Source of the DNA: a virus
Lineage: Duplodnaviria > Caudoviricetes
IMG/VR virus record: IMGVR_UViG_3300037047_000153
Coordinates: 1 to 41,215 of that record
Strand: one strand, 5' to 3'
Length of the DNA stretch: 41,215 nucleotides
The translations under genes were made by a program, and so were the position numbers. Positions 35,199 to 41,215 of the stretch are shown piece by piece. Below the pieces are notes generated by a model. It ran no database searches and was not told the origin of the DNA. It saw nothing but the letters and a program-made list of their open reading frames with translations. Numbering within the stretch: the stretch's first letter is position 1; each line of letters begins with the position of its first letter.

Positions 35199-35479
35199 CC
35201 ACCACCGCCACCAACACCCCCCACATTACCCAGCTGCGCGAGCACCTGCTGCAGACCCTCAGCAGCCTGCGCGACCGCAACAACCCCATGGAGCCCGACC
35301 GCGCCCGCGCCGTGGCCCAGGTCGCCAGCGTGCTGGTGGACACCGCCAAGGTCGAGGTGGACTACATCAAGGTCACCGGGGCGCCCAAGTCCGACTTCAT
35401 CGAGCAGCCGGCCAGCCTGCCCGCGCCCAGCGCCAACAACCCCTTTCCGGTCAGCGCCAGCCACCGCCTGGAAGGCTGA
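35195..35479 (+). CDS. Conserved phage protein coupled to the HNH gene
   Basis: LREHLLQTLSSLRD...RARAVAQVASVLVDTAKVEVDY; ATGA overlap. Confidence 0.7.
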   Translation: MTTTATNTPHITQLREHLLQTLSSLRDRNNPMEPDRARAVAQVASVLVDTAKVEVDYIKVTGAPKSDFIEQPASLPAPSANNPFPVSASHRLEG

Positions 35480-35482
35480 GCC

Positions 35483-36163
35483 ATGTCCACCAACCTCACC
35501 CCCGCCACCATCGCCGTCTTGAGCCACCTCAAGGTGCACGGCCTCAGCACCCGCAGCCACATCAAGGCCCACGTGCCCGGTCTGCCCGTCAGCACCCTGA
35601 ACAACCTGCTCACCCTCAAACACATCAGCGTCGACCACACCACCACCAACGAAGCCCGCTACAACATCACCCCGCGCGGCCTCGCCAAGCTCGCAGCGCC
35701 CAACATCCCGCTGCCCAAGCCCAAAACCCAGGCCAAAGCCGAAGCCCAGGCCGCCACCGCGCTCGACTCCAACCAGCAGACCGAGCAAAGCATTCTCGAC
35801 ACCCTGCGCCGCGCCACCACGTCCATCACCCTGCCCGAAGTCGCCAAGCGCATGGGCCGCACGCTCGACATCGTGCGCCCCAGCATGACCACGCTCGTGC
35901 AGGCCGGCAGCGTGATCGGCAGCAACGGCAAGCCCGCGCGCTACCGCCTGCCCGAGCAGCCGGCCAACCAGCGCGCCCGCACGCGCGGCATCCACAACGC
36001 CAGCGCCAGCGGCGACTACCTGGGAGAACAACTGCAGCGCAACCCGGGCATCCGCCCCGAACGCTTCGTCGCCTTCACCCTGCCCAGCCGGGTGGGCAAC
36101 CGCCTGCACTGGCCTGACGGGCGGGTCACACCTTTTGATCAACACCCTGGCCTGCCGGCCTGA
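35483..36163 (+). CDS. Tandem winged-HTH protein
   Basis: Two wHTH-like segments (ARYNITPRGLAKL; ITLPEVAKRMG...LVQAGSV...PARYRL). Confidence 0.6.
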   Translation: MSTNLTPATIAVLSHLKVHGLSTRSHIKAHVPGLPVSTLNNLLTLKHISVDHTTTNEARYNITPRGLAKLAAPNIPLPKPKTQAKAEAQAATALDSNQQTEQSILDTLRRATTSITLPEVAKRMGRTLDIVRPSMTTLVQAGSVIGSNGKPARYRLPEQPANQRARTRGIHNASASGDYLGEQLQRNPGIRPERFVAFTLPSRVGNRLHWPDGRVTPFDQHPGLPA

Positions 36164-36182
36164 TTTTCGAGCGCACCACCAC

Positions 36183-38183
36183 ATGACCACCGAAACCCAA
36201 GACAACCCCATCACCGCCAACGACCCCGAAGCCGGGTCACACGTGCGCCTGCGCGAACACCTGACCATCCCCGCCGGTGGGCCAGACAAACACGCCGGCA
36301 TGTACGGCACCATCGCCGGGCGCGACCCGTTCGGCGGCTACCTCATCAAGGTCGGGGCCAAGACCATGCACTACTCGCGCGAAGACTTCCTGGTCGTCGC
36401 TGAGCCCAGCGCCGACCAGCTGGCCAGCGCCTTGTTGCGAGACGAGATTGCGTCATTTACCACCGCCCCCGGCGCGTTGCCCGCAGCCACGCACCCCCAG
36501 GGCGCCGTGGCCCAGCTGCTCAACGAGCCGCCCCTGGCCGCCATCAACAGCCCGACCAACCCGCGCAAGCGCCGCGGGCTGGACATCGACAGCCTGCGCT
36601 CCATGGCCGACAGCATCAAGGCCCACGGCCTCATGCAGCCCATCGTGGTGCGGCCGCTGCCCTGGGAGCGCCTGGAAGAAACCGCCGGCATGGACCCGCG
36701 CCCGGCCTACGAGGTGATCGCCGGCGAGCGCCGCTGGCGCGCGGCCCAGCTGGCCGAGCTGGCCGACATGCCCATGCTGCTGCGCCACCTGAGCGACGAG
36801 GCCGTGCTGGAGATTCAGCTGGTCGAGAACATCGAGCGCGAAGACCTCGACCCGATGGAAGAGGCCGAAGGCTTCGCCCTGCTGCGCGACAAGCTGGGCT
36901 ACACCGTTGACCAGATCGCCGAGCGCATGGGCAAAGGCCGCGGCCCGAGCTACGTGCGCAAGCGCATGAAGCTGCTCGACCTCACGCCCGCCAGCCGCGA
37001 CGCCATGTTCGAAGGCACACTGCAGCTCAGCACCGGCCTGGTGGTGGCCAAGTACCCGGCCGAGATACAGGCCAAGGCCGTGAAGATCATCAAGGGCATG
37101 GCCTCCAAGGGCGCCGACGGCCAGCCCGTGCCCGCGCCGTTCCGCACCGTGGTGCTGGAGCTGTACCGCAAGCTCAACACCATCCTCAAGACCGCCGCGT
37201 TCGACACGCAAGACCCCGGCCTGGTCATGACGGCCGGCCCCTGCAGCACCTGCCCCAAGCGCACCCGCGCCGACCAGGATCTGTTCGCCGAGTCCACCGA
37301 CGCGGGCGAAGACAGTTGCCTCGACAGCGCCTGCTGGGAAGCCAAGAAGACCGCCCACGTGCAGCGCATCCGCGCCGACGCCCAGGCGCGCGGCCTGCAG
37401 GTGATGGACGAGCACGACGCGGCCAAAGCAGCGCCCAGCCCGTACAGCTCGTTCATCTACGGCTACACCCGCCTGAATGAAACCGCGTACACCGAAACCG
37501 GCAACGACGGCGAGGAACGCCAGGTCACCTACGCCGACGCGCTGCGCGCCCAGGGCCGCAAGGCGCCCAAACCCATCGTGTTCATCAACCCGCACACCAG
37601 CAAGGCCGAAGAGGTGATCCCGGACGATCTGGCCGACAAGCTCAGGCCCGTGGTCGAGCGCGAGGCCACGCCACCACCAGAGCCCACCCCTGTGCCCGAA
37701 GAGCACCGCGCCTTGAAGCACCAAGACGTGCGCCGCGCCCTGTTTTACCGCCTGTTCGACAGCGTTCGCAGCCGCCCGCGCACGGTGGAAGACCTGCGCA
37801 TGGCCGCCATCGCCATCATGTGCCAGACCGACGACGCACACATCCACGTCGAAGCGTTCATGGGCTGGAGTGAGTCCGTGGACGCAGACGACCCCGAGGA
37901 ATACCTGCGCGAAAAGATCGAGTCGCTTGACGCCGACCAGCTCGGCCAGGTGATCACCATGGCCGCCATGGAGCAAGCCCTCGACTGGTACACAGGCCAC
38001 CTGAGAACCGTCGAGCAAGGAGCCGATTTCTTCCAAGCCCAAGGCATCGACATCCTGGCCGTGCGCAACAAGGTGCTGGAAGACCTGGAACGCCAGGCAG
38101 CGCACAGCGCCGACGAGGGTGAAGGCGACCCCGATGAATACGCCGAGGAAGACGGCGACGACGACGAAGGAGAGCCGGCATGA
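36183..38183 (+). CDS. Large ParB/RepB/Spo0J-family protein
   Basis: NPRK, GLMQPIVVRP, YEVIAGERRWRAA, ENIEREDLDPMEEA, HTH, Cys cluster CSTCPKR...CLDSAC, acidic tail. Confidence 0.9.
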   Translation: MTTETQDNPITANDPEAGSHVRLREHLTIPAGGPDKHAGMYGTIAGRDPFGGYLIKVGAKTMHYSREDFLVVAEPSADQLASALLRDEIASFTTAPGALPAATHPQGAVAQLLNEPPLAAINSPTNPRKRRGLDIDSLRSMADSIKAHGLMQPIVVRPLPWERLEETAGMDPRPAYEVIAGERRWRAAQLAELADMPMLLRHLSDEAVLEIQLVENIEREDLDPMEEAEGFALLRDKLGYTVDQIAERMGKGRGPSYVRKRMKLLDLTPASRDAMFEGTLQLSTGLVVAKYPAEIQAKAVKIIKGMASKGADGQPVPAPFRTVVLELYRKLNTILKTAAFDTQDPGLVMTAGPCSTCPKRTRADQDLFAESTDAGEDSCLDSACWEAKKTAHVQRIRADAQARGLQVMDEHDAAKAAPSPYSSFIYGYTRLNETAYTETGNDGEERQVTYADALRAQGRKAPKPIVFINPHTSKAEEVIPDDLADKLRPVVEREATPPPEPTPVPEEHRALKHQDVRRALFYRLFDSVRSRPRTVEDLRMAAIAIMCQTDDAHIHVEAFMGWSESVDADDPEEYLREKIESLDADQLGQVITMAAMEQALDWYTGHLRTVEQGADFFQAQGIDILAVRNKVLEDLERQAAHSADEGEGDPDEYAEEDGDDDEGEPA

Positions 38184-38407
38184 ACACATCCCTGCTCATG
38201 CCTGAAGCCCAAACCGCCGGCCTGCGCGGCCAGCTGCTCGTCATGGCCAGCCTGCTGGAGGAAACCCTACGCGTGGTCAAGAACGTCGAAGCCGAGGGCT
38301 GCGACGAAGGCGAGCTGCTGCAGGCCCTGATCAGCAAAGCCGAAGCCGCGATCGCGGCCGTGTTGACCGAGCAGCATGCTGTGCCAGTGGCGGGGGCGCG
38401 ATCATGA
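38180..38407 (+). CDS. Hypothetical protein (75 aa)
   Basis: ATGA-coupled; helical. Confidence 0.6.
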   Translation: MNTSLLMPEAQTAGLRGQLLVMASLLEETLRVVKNVEAEGCDEGELLQALISKAEAAIAAVLTEQHAVPVAGARS

Positions 38408-38955
38408 ACCAGAAAACCAGCGCCTACGCCCGCAGCCGCGGCCTGACCCGCGTTGCTCCCCAGCTGCGCCGCGTGGCCGTCAAGGCCCTGCAGGGCAACA
38501 ACGGCCTCACCCGGCACAACGAGGTCAACACCCTCTTCACCGAGGCCGAAATCCAGATGCTGCTGCGCGACCCTCGCGCCGCTCACGAAGCCATGCGCAC
38601 CGGGCGCGGCACCTACAACGACCTGGTCAGCATCAGCAGCGCGCTGCACAAAGGCGTAGCCATTGAAGACGCGCGCGTCATCGTGCGCGGCTTCGAGCCC
38701 ATCTACACCGCAGCCGAATCCGCCCTGCGCACCATCGAAGCCCGCGCCACCCGCACCGGCCGCTGGGTGCCCACGGCGCTCTACGCGGCCGAGATCAACG
38801 CCATCGACGACCTGCTGTTCGCCTACGAGCAAGCCCTGCGCGTGTGCACCTACGGCGAGTTCTACCAGCGCCAGGCCGTGGCGCTGGCGCGCACCGCGTC
38901 AAACGGCAAGCCCGTTTTCACGGTGGGCGATGTGGTGGAGTACCCCGGATCATGA
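38404..38955 (+). CDS. Conserved phage hypothetical protein (183 aa)
   Basis: ATGA-coupled; phage-like codon usage. Confidence 0.65.
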   Translation: MNQKTSAYARSRGLTRVAPQLRRVAVKALQGNNGLTRHNEVNTLFTEAEIQMLLRDPRAAHEAMRTGRGTYNDLVSISSALHKGVAIEDARVIVRGFEPIYTAAESALRTIEARATRTGRWVPTALYAAEINAIDDLLFAYEQALRVCTYGEFYQRQAVALARTASNGKPVFTVGDVVEYPGS

Positions 38956-39212
38956 TGACCACCACCCTGTTCCTGGAACTGCTGGCCGCGGCCTGCGGCA
39001 TGGCCGGCGCCCTGGTGCTCGCCCTGAACGGACCGCGCGCCGGGTGGGGGTTCGTGCTCTACCTGGTCAGCAACGCCGCCTGGATCGCAGCGTCGTGGGC
39101 GCAAGGCCAGTGGCCCCTGTTCGTGCAACAGATCGTGTTCGCTGCCGTCAGCGTGCTGGGCATCTGGGTGTGGCTGGTCAGGCCGCTAACCAATGAAAGG
39201 ACCGCATCATGA
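38952..39212 (+). CDS. Small 3-TM membrane protein (PnuC-like half repeat)
   Basis: GWGFVLYLVSNAAWI...WPLFVQQIVF...LGIWVW. Confidence 0.65.
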   Translation: MMTTTLFLELLAAACGMAGALVLALNGPRAGWGFVLYLVSNAAWIAASWAQGQWPLFVQQIVFAAVSVLGIWVWLVRPLTNERTAS

Positions 39213-39463
39213 TCGGCACCCAACCCACCGGCGCCGTGCCCGGCGTCGTGATCTCAGCCGTGGCCCACGAAGGCCTGACCGTGACGGTCGACGGCAAGCC
39301 CGCCCGACTGGCCATCGTGCTCGATGACGGCACCGTCGTGGCCGCCGGCACCGACGTGGCCAGGGAAGCCCAGGCCGTGGCTGTGAACCTCTACCGGGGG
39401 TTCCTCAAGGGGAATGGGCATCTGCGCGTGCTGAGCCCGTCTATTCCGACGGGGAAGCATTGA
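39209..39463 (+). CDS. Hypothetical protein (84 aa); stop codon lies in the integron crossover core
   Basis: GAAAGGA RBS; TGA at 39461-63 within ATTGAAC. Confidence 0.65.
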   Translation: MIGTQPTGAVPGVVISAVAHEGLTVTVDGKPARLAIVLDDGTVVAAGTDVAREAQAVAVNLYRGFLKGNGHLRVLSPSIPTGKH

Positions 39464-39510
39464 ACACCACCGATGAGCCGCCTGCGGTCGGCTCGATTTA
39501 AGAGTTGGGC
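39459..39510 (-). other. attC site (52 bp)
   Basis: Minus strand: R'' GCCCAAC, TCTTA, L'' AATCGAGC, CGACCGCAGGCG, L' GCTCATC, GGTGGT, R' GTTCAAT. Canonical 5/6-nt spacers and two extrahelical bases. Confidence 0.88.
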
Positions 39511-39800
39511 GAAGGCCCGGAGAGGAACACGATGAACATGATTAGCGAGCTACGGCACCGGTTTACAGCGGCATCGACAACGACTGTGATGGTCACGGTC
39601 GATGAATTCAATCAGTTGCAGCGCGAGTGGATCACCCGCACTGGCGCAGAAGACATGGTTGCAGCAGAGCGCGCGCGGTGCGCCGCAGCCCTGCGGACTG
39701 CCAGAGAAGGCTATGCCAGCGAGGAAATCACCGGCCTGCCAGTGCTTCCGCAGTGGCGCGAGCGCACGCTTGCGCTGATTGACGAAGCATTGCAGCCCAA
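39465..39800 (-). mobile_element. Integron gene cassette (336 bp)
   Basis: Starts at G^TTGGGC of attI; its own R'' GCCCAAC is the exact complement, as expected for an integrated circle. Confidence 0.85.
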
Positions 39801-39831
39801 CACAAATTCGGGAACACCATCAGTCGGATAA
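39532..39831 (+). CDS. Cassette-encoded hypothetical protein (99 aa), inverted relative to attC
   Basis: GGAGAGGA RBS; MNMISELRHRF...ALIDEALQPN then TNSGTPSVG from attI; codon usage differs from neighbours. Confidence 0.75.
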   Translation: MNMISELRHRFTAASTTTVMVTVDEFNQLQREWITRTGAEDMVAAERARCAAALRTAREGYASEEITGLPVLPQWRERTLALIDEALQPNTNSGTPSVG

Positions 39832-39835
39832 CACC
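39795..39835 (-). other. attI-like site
   Basis: Minus strand GGTGTTATCCGA-CTGAT-GGTGTTCCCGAA-TTTGT-G^TTGGGC: R box, degenerate L box 5 nt away, two GGTGTT direct repeats, immediately 5' of intI. Confidence 0.8.
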
Positions 39836-39846
39836 TGGAGCCCATC

Positions 39847-40887
39847 ATGCAAGTCGTTGATTCACAAGCCAAGCCAGACGTTACGCACGACGCCACACCG
39901 GCGTTATGCGACAACACTGGCAAGCCCAAGAAGCTGGAGCAGCTGCTCGCCGACGCCATCGCCGTGCGGCACTACAGCAAGCGCACGCGAGAAGCCTACT
40001 GGCATTGGATCAAGCGGTTTGTGCTGTGGTCCGGCAAGCGGCACCCGCGAGACATGGGGCAGACCGAGGTCGGCCAGTTCCTCACCTGGCTGGCCAGCGA
40101 TCAGCAGGTTTCTGCAAGCACCCAGCGCCAGGCGCTGGCCGCGATCCTGTTTTTGTACCAGAAGGTGCTCAACATCGACATCGGCTGGATCGACAACATC
40201 GTGCGCGCCAAGCAGTCGCAGCGCCTGCCCGTCGTCATGACGATGGACGAAACCCGAGCCGTGCTGGCCCACACCAGCGGCACGCCCGGCCTGTTCCTGC
40301 AGCTGCTGTACGGCACCGGCCTGCGCCTCATGGAGGGCCTGAATCTGCGCGTGAAGGATCTGGACCTGGAGCAGCGCCAGATCATCGTCCGCGCCGGCAA
40401 GGGCAACAAGGACCGCGTGACGATGCTTCCCGCGCGCCTGGTGCAGCCACTGCGCGAGCTGCTGAAAGAGCGGCGCCGCTGGCACGACAAAGACCTCGCA
40501 ACCAACCACGCCAGCGTCGATCTGCCGCACGCCCTGGCCCGCAAGTACCCACACGCCGGGCGCGAATGGGCTTGGCAGTATGTGTTCGCCACACCGGACT
40601 ACCACGTCAACACCGAGACCGGTGAACAGCGCCGTCACCACCTGTTCGACTGGACCATCCAGCGCCACATGAAGGCCGCCCTACAGGCCGCCGGCATCAG
40701 CAAGCCCGCCACACCGCACACCCTGCGCCACTGCTTCGCGACCCACCTGCTCCAGGCAGGCACCGACATCCGAACGATTCAGGAACTGCTCGGCCACAGC
40801 GACGTCGAGACGACGATGATCTACACCCACGTGGTCGGCCAGACAGCCGGCCGGGGTGCCGTGAGCCCTCTCGACAGGATGAACTGA
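39847..40887 (+). CDS. intI: Integron integrase
   Basis: RHYSKRTREAY, VSASTQRQALAAILFLY, LLYGTGLRLME, GKGNKDR, the IntI-specific insertion VDLPHALARKYPHAGREWAWQYVF, RRHH, HTLRHCFATHLL, QELLGHSDVETTMIYTHV. GGAG RBS. Confidence 0.96.
   Translation: MQVVDSQAKPDVTHDATPALCDNTGKPKKLEQLLADAIAVRHYSKRTREAYWHWIKRFVLWSGKRHPRDMGQTEVGQFLTWLASDQQVSASTQRQALAAILFLYQKVLNIDIGWIDNIVRAKQSQRLPVVMTMDETRAVLAHTSGTPGLFLQLLYGTGLRLMEGLNLRVKDLDLEQRQIIVRAGKGNKDRVTMLPARLVQPLRELLKERRRWHDKDLATNHASVDLPHALARKYPHAGREWAWQYVFATPDYHVNTETGEQRRHHLFDWTIQRHMKAALQAAGISKPATPHTLRHCFATHLLQAGTDIRTIQELLGHSDVETTMIYTHVVGQTAGRGAVSPLDRMN
39850..39862. promoter_or_regulatory. IHF consensus site
   Basis: CAAGTCGTTGATT matches YAANNNNTTGATW exactly. 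Confidence 0.55.
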
Positions 40888-40894
40888 CCCACCT

Positions 40895-40921
40895 AAAAAG
40901 CCCGCCCAGCGCGGGCTTTTT
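40895..40921. terminator. Bidirectional terminator ending the early operon
   Basis: AAAAAGCCCGC-CCAGC-GCGGGCTTTTT. Confidence 0.85.
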
Positions 40922-41025
40922 CACGCCCGGTGAACCGGTATAGATGCGCTATCGCTCGCGCAGCCCAGGCTCACAAAACCGACCTTGGGCGCCGCGGCGC
41001 CCGGAGTAACAACAGTTTCAGTCAT
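40921..41025 (-). pseudogene. rimO: Displaced native 5' end of rimO (22 codons plus 12 phage codons, then TGA)
   Basis: MTETVVTPGAAAPKVGFVSLGC then ASDSASIPVHRA*; joins in frame to PKALTDSE at 123. Confidence 0.92.
40938..40985. other. Right prophage junction (att site); core GCA 40960-62
   Basis: Phage arm GTATAG...TATCGCT joined to host rimO 5' sequence. Confidence 0.88.
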
Positions 41026-41144
41026 GGCCCGATTGTCTCAGACCCGCCCATCCACGGCGGGGGCAGGGCGAACGTCCAGCATCGGAACGCCCCCCCGCGG
41101 GCGCATCGACCCGTGCAGCAGCGAGGCATGCAGCCCAGGAGATA

Positions 41145-41215
41145 TCAGCGCTTCAACCCCAGGGCCGCCAGCATCTGCTCGCTGTTCTTCTGCATCTGCT
41201 CCTGCATCTGCGTGA
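41145..41215 (-). CDS. phaR: 3' end of host gene, probably PHA synthesis repressor PhaR
   Basis: TQMQEQMQKNSEQMLAALGLKR*; matches the PhaR C-terminal pattern and phaR-rimO synteny in Burkholderiales. Confidence 0.7.
   Translation of the reverse strand, partial: TQMQEQMQKNSEQMLAALGLKR

Larger units (their letters stand above)
124..40962. mobile_element. Complete temperate prophage (lambda-like head, non-contractile tail) integrated in rimO
   Basis: Full set of integrase, lysis, tail, head, terminase, replication and immunity genes. The host rimO halves abut at a shared GCA (TGC on minus) at 124-126 and 40960-40962. Confidence 0.95.

Noticed and set aside
33158-39463. Upstream early genes as further integron cassettes
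   Set aside because: No attC-like hairpins seen between them; most are ATGA-coupled with phage-typical codons. The array appears to hold one cassette, though a covariance search could find degenerate sites.
39454-39792. 9-bp direct repeat GAAGCATTG near both cassette ends as a target-site duplication
   Set aside because: The two copies are offset differently from the crossover points; the attI/attC cores explain the boundaries better, so this is probably chance.
39847-40887. IntI as the phage's own integrase
   Set aside because: The junctions share only 3 bp at the centre of a palindromic attP, the signature of a serine integrase, and they contain no GTTRRRY core.

Overview
The window holds an apparently complete ~40.8 kb temperate siphovirus-like prophage (124..40962) in a high-GC betaproteobacterial host. 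The phaR-rimO flanks suggest Burkholderiales/Comamonadaceae, which is inference. A large serine recombinase has inserted the phage into the 5' end of rimO at the TGC codon of the VSLGC motif, and the phage supplies an in-frame replacement N-terminus. Left to right the modules are: serine integrase; lysis; tail; lambda-like head; a late-control region; terminase; replication origin, helicase and primase; a cII/cro/cI switch with repeated operators; and a long rightward early operon. The standout feature is a complete miniature integron at the end of that operon: an IntI integrase, an attI-like site with an IHF consensus beside it, and one 336-bp cassette closed by a canonical but very short attC. 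The cassette ORF is inverted relative to attC, so it would be read from the phage early transcript, and it takes its C-terminus and stop codon from the downstream att site. All product calls come from motif recognition and synteny by eye; no database searches were run.
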